The position numbers and the translations under genes are program-made. The notes below the pieces were generated by a model that made no database searches, had not been told where the DNA came from, and saw nothing but the letters and a program-made list of their open reading frames with translations. 64,000 nt of DNA from Mobula hypostoma (lineage: Eukaryota): contig NC_086107.1 of assembly GCF_963921235.1 (NCBI RefSeq), forward strand, positions 101,682,001 through 101,746,000, read 5' to 3'. Every line of letters starts with the position of its first letter. Within the stretch, counting starts at the first letter, position 1. Positions 1 to 12,900 of this stretch are shown one piece after another.

Positions 1-2600
1 TCTCTCAAAAACCAAGGTTTCCTAAACCTGTTAACCTTGTCTTTTATTCTGTCAGAAACATGTGAACTTAACTCTCAAATTTTCATTTTTGAAGGCTAGC
101 CATTTACCAAGCACACCTTTGCCAGAAAGCAAGTCACAATCCATAGTGGCCAGATCATTTCTGTAACATCAAAATTGGCCTTTCTCCAATTTAAAATCTT
201 AACCTGAGGACCAAACCTATCCTTCTCCATAATTATCTTAAAACTAATGGCATTATAATTATTAGATGCAACGTGCTCCCCTAAGCAATCTTCTGTTACT
301 TGCCCTGTCTCATTTCCCAATAGGAGCTAGTATTGTACTCCCTCTAGGAGGGACCTCTTAAGTACTGATTGAAGAAACTATCCTGAATACATTTGACAAA
401 CTCTATCCCATCCAGCCCTTTTACAGTATGGGAGTCCTAGTCTAAATGTAGGAAGTTAAAAACATCTGTACCACATCCTTGTGTTTCTTGAAACAATCTG
501 CAATCTCTGTACAAATTTGCTCTTCTAAACCCTGCGGACTGCTGGGTGGTCTATAATATAATCCCACTAATGTGGTCATTCCTTTCTTAGTTCCACCCAT
601 ATAGCCCCAGTGGACGAGCTTTCCAGTCTGTCCTGACTGAGCATTACCTTGACATTTTCCCTGACTAGTAATTCCACCTCTCCCCTTTTAATCTTTCCCC
701 TCTATCAGTTTTTAAAGCAACAGAACCCTGAACATTGAACTGTCAGTCCTGCCCTCCTGCAATCAAGTTTCACTAATGGTTACTACGCAATAATTCTGCA
801 TGCTGATAAATGCCCTAAGCTCATCCACCTACAATACTCTTTGCACTGAAATATACACAACTCAGAACCTTAGTCTCACCAGATTCCTGACTCTGTATGT
901 TGGCTTACCATCTTTCCCCACAACCACTCCACTATCGGCTCTGGCGCTCTGGTTCCTATCTCCTTGCAAATCTAGTTTAAACCCCCATGTGCAGTATTAG
1001 CAAACCTCCTGCATAGTTATTAGTTCCCCTCCAGTTCAGGTACAAACTGTCTGTTTTGTACAGGTCCCATCTTCCCTGGAAGACAGCCCAATGATCCAAA
1101 AATCTGAAGCCTTCCATCCTGCACCATCTCCTTAGCTACATGTTAAACTGTATGATCTTCCTATTTCTGGCCTCACTAACACATGGCATGGGTAGCAATC
1201 CTGAGGTATCAACCCTCGAGTTCTTGCCCTTTAACTTAGCACCCAACTCCCTGAACTCACTTTGCAGCACCTTGTCTTCCTTTTTACCCATGTTATTTGT
1301 GCCGAGATGGACTACAACCTTTGGCTGGTCACCCTTCTACTTAAGAATGCTGTGGACTCAATCTGAGATGTTCCTGACCCTGGCACCTGGGAGGCAACAT
1401 ATCATCCAGGAATCTTGTTCTCATCCACCAACCTCCTGCCTGTTCCTCTAACCAAAGAATCCTCTATCACTACAACTTGCTTCTTCTCCCCACTTCCCTT
1501 CTGAGCCAGAGCCAGACTCAGTGTCAGAGACCTGACTGCTATGAGTTTCCTCTGCTAGGTCATCCCCTCCCCCACCATATGTGTCCAAAGCTGTATACCT
1601 GTTGTTGAGGGGAATAGCCACAGAGGTACTCTGCACTAGCAGACTATCCCCTTTGCCCTTCCAGCTGGTCATCCAGTTACCCACATCCTGCACTTTGGGT
1701 GTAACTACCTACCTGTACCTCCTGTCAATCAACCACTCAGGCTCCTAAATGATCCAGAGTTCATCCAGTTCCACCTCCAATACCTTAACATGGTCTGAAA
1801 GAAGCTGCAGCTGGATGCATGCACGTCTTGCAGCTGTGTTTGTCAGAGACATTGGAGGCCTCCGTGCCTTCCCAGATCTTGTAAGAAGAGCATTCCACTA
1901 TCCTGACTGGCATCCCCACTGCTCTGACTTTGAGGCTCTCCATTGGTTGGAGTTGACCATGGATACTGTGTCCCATGTAGTACGTTCCCGATTCTCCATG
2001 CAGCTGATGGATCCAAAGGAATGGCAGAGACCAAAACAGTTTGGCATCAGTGGCATCGCAAAGTTGCCAGTTAGCATTGAACTCAACGTAGTACTCCAGC
2101 TCTGGATTTTTCCTCAGGGTTTACTCCCGAAGCCTTTCACGTGAGTGGGTATAGCCACAAGGCAGCAGAGGTTTGAGATCAGAATTTTCCTTCTCCTAGA
2201 TGAGCTGCAAACCACAGCTGACAAACTCCATCTGCCCGAAGTGACCATTTTAAGGCACCAGTAACCCACCTTTGCCCCTTCTTTTGTCAGTAGAAACGGT
2301 TCCACCAGACTTAGTAGCTAAGCCACACATGAAGGCTAGGAATTGGACTTGGTTGTCAGAGGCTATTTGAGCTGCACACCATTGAGAGCATTTAATAGAT
2401 AGTGGGAGCTTATCCCCACTACATCTCAAAGCTATGACAACCTTAAATAACCATTGCTCTAATTGTGCAATAAGGAAGATTAAATTGGAAAATTAAATGA
2501 AAAAAATCGACCTACAGCCTTTGCCTCTTCTTGCCAAAACCTCTATGAAGCAAAGCCTCAACTCCCCACTCTAACACTAGCCTACTCCCAATATGGACGC
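1..2600 (-). mobile_element. CR1 LINE 5' part (decayed ORF1 zinc finger and SGNH esterase, start of the ORF2 AP endonuclease), continuing off the window
   Basis: Minus-strand remnants include VECSSYKIWE...CKTCMH (ORF1 zinc finger), esterase-like CCLPGARVR/HLGTN and LNWRKANF. It is interrupted by an RTE-derived insert at about 1930-2450. Confidence 0.8.
1930..2450 (-). mobile_element. Non-autonomous RTE-derived element (RTE 5' UTR joined to an RTE-like 3' end)
   Basis: 2030-2280 aligns by eye with the RTE 5' UTR at about 9000-9265 (e.g. cctcagggtttactcccgaagccttt). A degenerate TSD is present: ccactgctctgact 1916-1929 and ccattgctctaatt 2451-2464. Confidence 0.7.
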
Positions 2601-3047
2601 TCCACTTAAATCTAACTTCTTTTTATTACACCTTGCTAAGTGTCTAATTATGTACAGTCCAACATCTTCTTGGAAACTGTGGCACGCAGAATGTCCCAGC
2701 TACCCTTGCTCACTTCTTTTGAAATCTCTCTCATGCTACGCAATTCAATATTACCTTAGGAACTTTAGCGCACAGACTGACTTCCCCCGCGTGCTTCTTT
2801 TGAGATCTCTCTCCCACTATGCACTCCAATGTTTCCTCGGGAACTGTGTTCTAGCTGTGCCTTCTGTCTCTACGTATTAATCATGTTCTTAGTAGTTATA
2901 TGCTTATAGTAAACTTTGCCTTAATGAAGTACATTCTCTTCTCACATTTTACCAACTTATTTTCAATACATTCTCTTTGCACCTTTTACCTCAAATAGCA
3001 AAATAACTATCTAATTACTTAAATTTAATCTAATGTGTTCTTTCTCA

Positions 3048-3150
3048 TGAATACCAATCAACTGATCCACTTGACTCGAAACAGGGGTGTGTGGGCCATG
3101 GCAGTCAAAGCACAAACTGGACATGGCACCTGATGATGATGATGATGATG
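3048..3150 (+). mobile_element. Severely 5'-truncated LINE 3' end with a (TGA)n tail
   Basis: Perfect 16-bp TSD AATGTGTTCTTTCTCA at 3032-3047 and 3151-3166, with a (tga)n microsatellite tail. Confidence 0.8.
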
Positions 3151-3304
3151 AATGTGTTCTTTCTCACTTCTCTTCAGCACTATACCTTCCTTAAATCAGA
3201 AATGTCTCTTTGATTCTTATTCTTCTATTTTATTGCTTTTGAAAATTGGTAAGTTGATGGAGAAGATCCTGAGAGGCAGGAAATTTGAACATTTGGAGAG
3301 GCAT

Positions 3305-5283
3305 AGTTTTCAAGGGATATTGGAAATTTGGTTTGGAAAAAGAGAGAGATCTACAATAAATATAGGTAGCTTGGAGTAAATGAGGTGCTCAAGGAATATA
3401 AAGAATGTAAAAAGAATCTTAAGAAAGAAATTAGAAAAGCTAGAAGAAGATATGAGGTTGCTTTGGCAAGTAAGGTGAAAATAAATCCAAAGGGTTTCTA
3501 CAGTTATATTAATAGCAAAAGGATAGTGAGGAATAAAATTAGTCCCTTAGAGAATCAGAGTGGACAGCTATATGCGAAGCCAAGAGATGGGGGAGATTTT
3601 GAACAATTTCTTTTCTTCGGTATTCACTAAGGAGAAAGATATTGAATTGTGTATGGTAAGGGAAACACGTAGGGTAGTTATGGAAACTATGATGATTAAA
3701 GAAGAGGAAATACTGACGCTTTTAAGGAATATAAAAGTGGATAAGTCTCCGGGTCCTGACAGGATATTCCCTAGGACCTTGAGGGAACTTAGTGCGGAAA
3801 TAGCAGGGGCTCTGACAGAAGTATTTCAAATGTCACTAGAAACGGGGATGCTGCCAGAGGATTGGCGTATTGTTCATGTTGTTCCATTGTTTAAAAAGGG
3901 TTCTAAGAGTAAACCTAGCAATTATCAGCAGTTTCACGTCAGTGGTGGGTAAATTGATGGAAAATATTCTTCGAGATGGTATATATAATTATCTGGATAG
4001 ACAGGGTCTGATTAGGAACAGTCAACATGGATTTGTGCGTGGAAGGTCATGTTTGATAAATTGTACTGAATTTTTTGAAGAGGTTACTTGGAAAGTTGAC
4101 GAGGGTAAAGCGGTGGATGTTGTCTATATGGACTTCAGTAAGGCCTTTGACAAGGTTCCACATGGAAGGTTAGTTAGGAAGGTTCAATCATTAGGTATTA
4201 ATATTGAAGTAGTAAAATGGATTCAGCAGTGGCTGGATGTGAGACTCCAGAGAGTAGTGGTGGATAACTGTTTGTCAGATTGGAGGCCGGTGACTAGTGG
4301 TGTGCCTCAGGGATCTGTAATGGGTCCAATGTTATTTGTCATATACATTAATGATCTGGATGATGGGGTGGTAAATTGGATTAGTAAGTATATAGATGAT
4401 ACTAAGATCGGTGGAGTTGTGGATAATGAAATAGGTTTTTAAAGCTTGCAGAGAGATTTAGGCCAGTTAGAGGAGTGGGCTGAAAGATGGCAGATGACAT
4501 TTAATGCTGATAAATGTGAGGTGCTACATTTTGGTAGGACTAATCAAAAAGGGCATTGAAGAATACAGTAGAACAGAGGGATCTAGGAATAATGGTGTAT
4601 AGTTCCCTGAAGGTGGAATCTCATGTGGACAGGGTGGTGAAGAAAGCTTTTGGTATGCTGGCCTTTATAAATCAGAGCATTGAGTATAGGAGTTGGGATG
4701 TAATGTTGAAATTGTACAAGGCATTGGTAAGGCCAAATTTGGAGTATTGTGTACAGTTTTGGTCACTGAATTATAGGCAAGATGTCAACAAAATTGAGAG
4801 AGTACAGAGAAGATTTACTAGAATGTTACCTGGGTTTCATCTCCTAAGTTACAGAGAGAGGTTGAACAAGTTGGGTCTTTATTCCTTGGAGCGTAGAAGG
4901 TTGAGAGGGGACGATAGAGGTATTTAAAATTATGAGGGGGATAGATAGAGTTGACGTGGATAGGCTTTTTCCATTGAGAGTGGGGGAGATTCAAACAAGA
5001 GGACATGAGTTGAGAGTTAAAGGGCAAAAGTTTAGGGGTAACATGAGGGGAGACTTCTTTACTCAGAGAGTGGTAGCTATGTGGAACGAGCTTTCAGCAG
5101 AAGTGGTTGAGGCAGGTTCGATATTGTCATTTAAAGTTAAATTGGATAGCTATATGGTCAGGAAAGGAATGGAGGGTTATGGGCAGAGTGCAGGTCGGTG
5201 GGACTAGGTGAGAGTAAGAGTTCGGCACGGACTAGAAGGATTGAGATGGCCTGCTTCCGTGCTGTATTTGTTATATGGTTATA
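3305..5283 (+). mobile_element. 5'-truncated CR1 LINE (RT pseudogene) inserted into an older CR1
   Basis: Motifs [32 protein letters not shown] and YIDD, with frameshifts. The 3' UTR ends in gttatatggttata. Confidence 0.92.
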
Positions 5284-5391
5284 ATATGATTAGGAATAGT
5301 CAGCATGGCTTTGTCAAAGGTAGGTCGTGCCATATGAGCCTGACTGAATTTTTTGAGGATGGCTAAACATATTGATGAAGGTAGAACAGTG

Positions 5392-8300
5392 GTGGCATCC
5401 GTTAGTCTCACGAGACCATGGATCTGCACCTGGGAAGTCTTGCTTCAGTCTGTGTTAGAGCAGCGTCTGTTATGGCTGTAGAGGCCCACACAGGAGTGAC
5501 AGTCTCGGCTGCAGCGACTGCATTTGAAGGCACTGTCCTCTAGTGTTGTCTTGGTGCTGTTTTTCTGATGAGTGTGCTTTTCTTCAGCAGCAAGCCTCTG
5601 CTTCTCTTCTCCTCTTTTTAGACCTCTGCATAGTTCCAGCCTCCAGATCGCTTGCGATGTCCTCCCACCTCTCGACGTTCATCTTCTGTAACTTCATGTC
5701 TCTCTTGCAAACATCTTTGACATGAAGATGGGGCTGCCCTTGTGCTCTCTTGCCGGAGGCCAGTTCCCCGTACAGCAGGTCTTTCGGGATCCTCCCGTCT
5801 GACATGCGGTGTACGTGGCCCAGCCAGCGGAGACGGCGTTGTTGGAGCAGGGTGAAGAGGCAGGATATCTGGGTGCAGGCCAGGACTTCATTGTTGGTGA
5901 TTCAGTCAGTCCACGTGATGTCCAAGATGCGTCTCAGGTTGCGAAGGTGGAAGGCGTTGAGCCGCCATTCGTCTGTAGTAGAGGCTCCAGATCTCACTGC
6001 CGTAAAGCAGTGTGCTGAGGACGCAGGTCCTGTAGACTGCAACTTTGGTGTGCGTCGTCAGCTTTCTGTTCTCCCAGACTCTTTTTGTCAGCCTGGCGAA
6101 TGTTGAGGCTGCTTGTCTGATCCATCTGTTGACCTCAGGGTCTAGGGAGAGGCTGTCCGTGATGGTGGAGCCAAGGTATGTAAACTCGTGAACTACCTCC
6201 AGCTCATAGTTGTTGATGATAATGGCAGGGGGGTGCTCAACGCCTTAGCCCAACATGTTGGTTTTCTTCAGGCTGATTGTCAAGCTGAAGTCCTGGCAGG
6301 CTCTTGAGAAGCTGTCCATGAGGCGTTGCAGTTGCTCTTCAGTGTGTGTTGTCAGTGCCGCATCGTCTGCAAACAACATGTCCCTGATGAGTACTTCACG
6401 AACCTTGGGTTTTGCCCTCAGCTGGGACAGACTGAATGGCCTCCCGTCCGATCTGGTGTGGAGGTAGACACCATCAGTTGATGTTCCAAAGGCGTGCTTC
6501 AGCATGACTGTGAAGAAGATGCCAAACAGGGTGGGGGCAAGCACACAGCCCTGCTTTACACCGCTGCGGATGTTGAAGGCCTCCGAAGAAGAGCCGTCAA
6601 ACTGAACGACGCCCTTCATGTCTGTGTGGAATGACTGAACTATCCTGAGGAGCCTCAGGGGACAACTAATCCTGGCAAGGATTTTGAACAGGCCGTCTCT
6701 GCTCACAAGGTCGAAGGCCTTCAGGTCAATGAAAGTGACGTAGAGTTGTTGTCTTTGCTCTCTGCATTTTTCTTGCAACTGTTGAAGGGAGAAGATCATG
6801 TCAATTGTGGAGATTTCTGACCTGAAACTGCATTGAGACTCGGGATATACCCTTTTGGCTATTTTCTTCAGTCTGTTCAGGACCACGCGGGCGAAGACCT
6901 TCCCAACGATGCTCAGCAAGGAGATTCCCCTGTAGCTGTTACAGTCGCTTCTGTCCCCTTTGTTCTTATATATGGTGACAATGTTGCAGTCTCTCATGTC
7001 TTGCGGCACTGCTCCCTCTATCCAGCACCGGCACAGTAGTTCGTGCAGGTGGTTTAGCAGGTCGCCCTTTGCGCATTTGATGGCCTCTGGTGGAATGCCA
7101 TCCAATCCTGGTGCCTTCCCAGTGGGCAGGCTGTCGATGCTCAGCTCTTCAGCAGTCAGCAATGCATCAAGTTCCTCCATAACAGGCAGGCATTTCATGG
7201 CGTCTAGCGCACTGTCCGAGATGCTGTTTTCTCTGGAGAAGAGTTCAGAGTAACGCTCCACCCATCTCTCCATCTGCTTGCCTTTGTCATTGATGGTCCC
7301 GCCTGTTATGATTTTCAATAGTGCTGTCTTGCTCTGGGTTGGCCCAATGGCTTTCTTGATCCCCTCGTACACTCCACAGATGTTGCCTGTGTCAAATGAT
7401 GACTGAATGCTTTCGCATAGTTGTAGCCAGTAGTCATTTGCACAGCGTCTGGCTGTTTCCTGGGCCTTGCTTCTTGCTGTCCTTAGCACTTGCAGTGTTG
7501 CCCGGGAGGGGTGGCGTTTGTGCTCTAGTAGTGCAACACGCTTCACCTCGATGACAGCAGTGAGCTTACTTGAGCTCGCTTCAAACCAGCCCTGTGTCTT
7601 GCCCCGTTTCTTCCCGAAGGCCTTGAGTGCAATGCTGTGGATAGTGTCCCTGAGAGAGTCCCATCTCTGCTGAGCATCTCCTTCCGGTGGATCTGCAAGG
7701 AGAGCATCCTCCAGTGACTTGATGAACTCTGCAGCTTTGTCTGGGTGTTGTGTCTTACTGGCATCGATGTGCAGCTTGCCTGGAGGCTTGGCGCGGTGCA
7801 TCTTCTTTGGCCGAAGTCTGATCTTGCAATAAACCAGACAGTGATCCGTGTCGCAGTCGGCACTCTGAAAGGAGCGAGTCATAAGCACGTTTCTCAGGTG
7901 ACAGCGTCTTGTGATTATCAGTTCTAGTTGGTGCCAGTGTTCGGAGCAGGGATGCCGCCAAGACACTTTGTGCTGAGCTTTTGTCTGGAATTAGGTGTTG
8001 GTGACACACAATTCGTGGAGCGTGCAAAGCTTGAGCAGTCATTGCTCGTTGTCCTTCATGCTGCCAATCCCATACCGCCCCAAGCAGCTTGGCCAGGAGT
8101 CGTGGTCGACGCCCACTCTGGCATTGAAGTCACCAAGTAGCAGCAACTGTTCCTGACTTGGGATCTCCTGTATCATCATTGAGAACTGGTCGTAGAACTT
8201 GTCCTTTGTGTCTTGTGTAGAGTAGAGGGTTGGGGCATAAACGCTGACAAGGTTGACAGGTCCGTCGGATGTGTGGAGTCGAAGTGAGAAAATCCGCTCT

Positions 8301-9282
8301 GTCCCTTTCTCGCTAGGCTCTACCACCTTCAGTAGCGAGTTCTTCATGGCAAAGCCGACACCATACTCTCTGGTCTCGTCTGAGCCCTTTCCCTGCCAGA
8401 AGAATGTATAGTCTCTTTCATGTAGGGTTCCCGATTCTGCGAGACGTGTCTCTTGGAGCGTTGCGACATCCACTTGGAGTCTCGACAGTTCATTGTTAAT
8501 CACTGCTGTCTTGTGTGTGTCATTGATCTCCCGAAGGTCATCTGATATACCAGTTGTCATGGTCCATATATTCCAGCATCCTAGTCAGAGTGCTGGCTTC
8601 TTTCTTTGTCTTCTAGTTGTGCTTGGTGCAGCGTTTACAGTCCGCAGTGCGGGCTACTTGTATCCCTAAGCCCCACGCCCCAGTGGAGCGGGCGGACTGT
8701 GGCAGGACAGCACCTAATTGGCTGGGGACTGCCCAGCCTTCAGGCGGGCAGTAGCTGTCCAGTGAGATGCGATGGTCTCTCCCTCCGTCAAAAGCAACCC
8801 CTGGCGCCTTGCTCTACGCCAGTTGAGCGCAGGCTTATAACCGGTAGACTGCTGCTCTCTGTGTTGTGCCGTCGCGGTGAGGCGACGCTGGAGTGTCCTC
8901 TCCAGGGCGCAGGCCTGGGCAAGGTTGTATGGAAGACCAGCAGTTGCCCATGCTGCAAGTCTCCCCTCTCCACGACACCGATGTTGTCCAAGGGAAGGGC
9001 AAGGGCCGATACAGCTTGGCACCAGTGTCGTCACAGGAGCTGCCAGAACGAGGTTGAAGGCAACACCGGACTGCCTTAGGGACTCCAGCTCCGGATTTGT
9101 CCTCAGGGTTTACTCCCGAAGCCTTTTCCATCAGTGGGTATGGCCGCAAGGCAGCAGAGGTTTGAAATCAGAGTTTCCCTCTCTTAGATGGACTGCCTTG
9201 CCAGGCTGATGAGCTCCATCTACCCGAAGCACTGGTTTTAAGGCGCCAGGACCCACCTTTGCCCCTGACAGGAGGTAGAGCT
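5392..9282 (-). mobile_element. Near full-length RTE-clade LINE; single APE-RT ORF at about 5445-8610, disrupted
   Basis: APE motifs (LQETRL, VYAPT, GDFNARVG), RT motifs (GVKQGCVLAPTLF, LFADD) and a C-terminal CSRC..H..C. An 11-bp direct repeat GTAGAACAGTG lies at 5381-5391 and 9283-9293. Confidence 0.93.
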
Positions 9283-10464
9283 GTAGAACAGTGTATATGG
9301 ATTTCAGCAAGGCATTTGATAAGGTACCCCATGCAAGGCTTATTGAGAAAGTAAGGAGGCATGGGATCAAGAGAACATTGCTTTGTTGATCAAGAACTGG
9401 CTTGCCCACGGAAGCTAAAGAGTGGTTGTAGATGGGTCATATTCTGCATGGAGGTTGGTGACCAGTGGTGTGCATCAGGGATCTGTTCTGGGACCCCTAC
9501 TCTTCGTGATTTTTATAAATGACCTGGATGAGGAAGTGGAAGGATGGGTTAGTAAATTTGCTGATGACAGAAAGGTTGGGGGTGTTGTGGATAGTGTGGA
9601 GGGCTGTCAGAGGTTACAGCGGGACATCGACAGGATGCAAAATTGGGCTGTGAAGTGGCAGATGGAGTTTAACCCAAATAAGTGTGAGGTGGTTCATTTT
9701 GATAGGTCAAATATGATGACAGAATATAGTGTTAATGGTAAGACTCTTGGCAGTGTGGAGGATCAGAGGGATCTTGGGGTCCGTGTCCATAGGACACTCA
9801 AAGCTACTGCACAGGTTGACTGTGTGGTTAAGAAGGCATACGGTGCTCTGGCCTTCATCATGGTGCGACTGAGTCTAAGAGCAGAGAGGTAATGTTGCAG
9901 CTATATAGGACTCTGGTCAGACCCCACTTGGAGTACTGTGGTCAGTTCTGGTCACCTCACTACAGGAAGGATGTGGAAACTATAGCAAGGGTGCAGAGGA
10001 GATTTACAAGGATGTTGCCTGGATTGGGGAGCATGCCTTACGAGAATAGGTTGAGTGAACTTGGCCTTTTGTCCTTGGAGCGATGGAGGATGAGAGGTGA
10101 CCTGATAGAGGTGTATAAGATGATGAGAGGCATTAATCATATGGATAGCCAGAGACTTTTTCCCAGTCCGAAATGGCTAACACGAGAGGGCACAGCTTTA
10201 AGGTGCTTGGAAGTAGGTACAGAGGAGATGTCAGGGGTAAGTTTTTTTTTCAGCAGAGTGTTGTGAGTGCGTGGAATGGGCTGCTGGTGACTGTGGTGGA
10301 GGCGGATACAATAGGGTCTTTTAAGAGACTCCTGGATAGGTACATGGAGCTTAGAAAAGTAGAGAGCTATGGGTAACCTTAGGTAATTTCTAAAGTAAGT
10401 ATGTGTTCTGTACAGCATTGTGACCGAAGGGCCTGTATTATGCTGTAGGTTTTCTACGTTTCTA
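9283..10464 (+). mobile_element. CR1 LINE 3' part; its upstream pieces lie at about 3243-3304 and 5284-5391
   Basis: Motifs SKFADD and RPHLEYC, with a tttctacgtttcta tail. The sequence reads continuously across the two inserted elements. Confidence 0.9.
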
Positions 10465-10489
10465 AAATCATGTATCCAGGAATATCAAT

Positions 10490-11045
10490 TGGCCACTCCA
10501 TCGCAGCTGTTGGTGGACCTCGAAGGGCAGCTGAAGTTCCCCAACCACATCGTAGCCACCACCCTGCGACCAGAGATTGTCCTAGTGTCTGAGTCTACTA
10601 AACAAGTGGTGCTGCTGGAGCTGACAGTCCCATGGGAAGATAGCTTGGAAGAGGCCTTTGAAAGGAAGCTCTCCAAGTACACAGGACTGGTCAGTAACTG
10701 TCAGCAGGCTGGATGGAGAGCGAGGTGTCTCTCAGTGGAGGTTGGTTGTAGGGGATTCGTAGCCCGTTCTTTAGTTAGAGCCTTCAGCATTTTGGGCATC
10801 GAGGGAGAGAGGAAGAGGAGAGCCATCTGCAGTACCACCGATGCAGCAGAGAGGGCCTCAAGATGGCTGTGGCTCAAAAGAGGGGAGTCATGGAGTCATA
10901 AGTAGCTAGCCATCTGGACACAAGCTGGGGTCTGATCAGCCCCGGCTGGGTCACCTGGAGGAGGTTGTATGATGTTGAAAGACCCGAAACACCCGATGAT
11001 TCCAGGAACATCACTGAAGATGTGTCCAGAAGCATCAATAGATGT
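10490..11045 (+). mobile_element. 3' fragment of a HERO/R2-superfamily non-LTR element (restriction-like endonuclease and 3' UTR)
   Basis: RLE motif RP(E)IVL...ELTVPWE...KLSKY...VEVGCRGF; stop codon at 10905. Confidence 0.85.
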
Positions 11046-11052
11046 ATGTACA

Positions 11053-11188
11053 GTTAGTCCTGACGAAGGGTCTCGGCCTGAAACGTCGACTGCACCTCTT
11101 CCTACAGATGCTGCTTGGCCTGCTGCGTTCACCAGCAACTTTGATGTGTGTTGCTTGAATTTCCAGCATCTGCAGAATTCCTGTTGTT
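11053..11188 (+). mobile_element. Short Penelope-derived repeat carrying a hammerhead ribozyme motif
   Basis: Nearly identical to the end of the Penelope copy at 51275-51377. Flanked by the direct repeat TGTATGTACA (11043-11052 and 11189-11198). Confidence 0.8.
11056..11091 (+). ncRNA. Minimal type I hammerhead ribozyme motif
   Basis: AGTC-CTGACGA-AGGGTCTCGGCCT-GAAA-CGTC-GACT. The core is intact, stem I is AGTC/GACT, and a palindromic ACGT replaces stem III. Predicted cleavage is after 11087. Confidence 0.8.
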
Positions 11189-11669
11189 TGTATGTACACA
11201 GCTCAGTTTGTCACAGTTATTTGTACCTGTAAGTTATTAATGTTATTTACTGTGTGCACGAACATCTTGCATTCCAAATCTTTTAGCACATATTTTTTTT
11301 AAAGTGCTAAGCCACACAGAATCAATTTTACCCTGAGCAGATCATACCAGCAAACACTTCTGGGTGAAGCTGTGACAATATACTGGACTGGAGATTTACA
11401 TTAATACACTCAACTTTTCTATAGTTACAGGTACAGACGTAGTAACATACCAGGTCATACATCACTCATTTCTATACCAAAATATAATGGACCACAAAGC
11501 TCCTCATGATAGCTTCCATGTGACTGTCTCAGTAGAACTAGAAGCAGATTGTTCCACATTCTTAATATCTCATATTAAAGGGACATCCTGCAAATATTGG
11601 AAGATTGGAGTAGACTGCCTCAGAACTGGCTGAAAGCTACTCAACAGCCTTCCAAAGTCCACATGATGT

Positions 11670-12900
11670 GAGGCAATGACAGATTATTATCAGAGTACAT
11701 ATGTCACCACATACAACCCTGGGATTCTTTTTCCTGTGGGCATGCTCAGCAAATCTATGGAATAGTAACTATAACAGGATCAATGAAAGATCAAATAGAG
11801 CATAGAAGACAACAAACTGTGCAAATGTAAATATAAATAAACAGCAATAAATAATAAGAACATGAAATAACAAGATAAAGAGTCTTTAAAGTGAGAGCAT
11901 TGGTTGTGGGACCATCTTAATAAATGAATGTAGTATTCCCTTTTTGTTCAAGAGCCTGATGGCTGAGGGGTAGTAACTGTTCTTGAACTAGATGGTGCGA
12001 GTCCTGAGGCTCTTGTACCTTGTACCTGATGATAGCAGCAAGAAAAGAGCATGGCCTGGGTGATGAGGATCTTTGATGAGGGATGCTGCTTTCCTACGAC
12101 AGTGTTTCATGTAGATGTGCTCAATGGTTGGGAAGACTTTACCCTTGAGGAACTGGGGCGAATCCACTACCTCTTGTAGGATTTTCCATTCAAAGGAACT
12201 GGTGTTCCCATATGATGCCATGGTGCAGCCAGTCAATCGACTCTCCACTACACATCTACAGAAATTTGTCGAAGTTTTTGAAGACATGCCGAATCTCCAG
12301 ATTCCTTCAGAAGTAGAGGTGCTGTCGTGCTTTCTTTGCAATTATGTTTTTATGATGGATCTAGGACAGGTCTTCTGAGATAGTAACATCCAGGAATTTA
12401 AAGTTATTGACCCTCTCCACCTCTGATGAGGACAGCTCATGGACCTCTAGTTTCCTTCTCAAGAAGTCAATAATCTTATTGACATTGACTGAGAGGTTGT
12501 TGTTATTACACCACCCAGCCAAATTTTCCCTGCTGTATGGTGATTCATCACCACCTTTGACGAAGCGCACATCAAGTGGTGTCATCAGCAAACTTGAATA
12601 TGGTATCGGAGCTCTGCCTAGCTGTATAGTCATATGAGTAATATGAGTAGAGCAGGGGACTAAGCACCGCACACAGCCTTGAGGTGCACCTGTGCAGTTG
12701 GAGATTGCAGAGGAGATGTTTTTGCCAATCAGAACTGACTGGGGTCTACAGGTGAGGAAATCCAGGATCCAATTGCACGAGGAGGTATTGAGGCCCACAT
12801 CTTGGAGTTTACTTATTAGTTTTGAGGGGACGATGGTATTAAATGATTTGAGCTGAAATCAATAAAGGATCTCCTGATGTATGCACCGTTGCTATCCAGA
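11670..12900 (-). mobile_element. Rex1/Babar-type LINE 3' fragment
   Basis: Motifs [27 protein letters not shown] and RYKSLRTRT. Confidence 0.8.
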
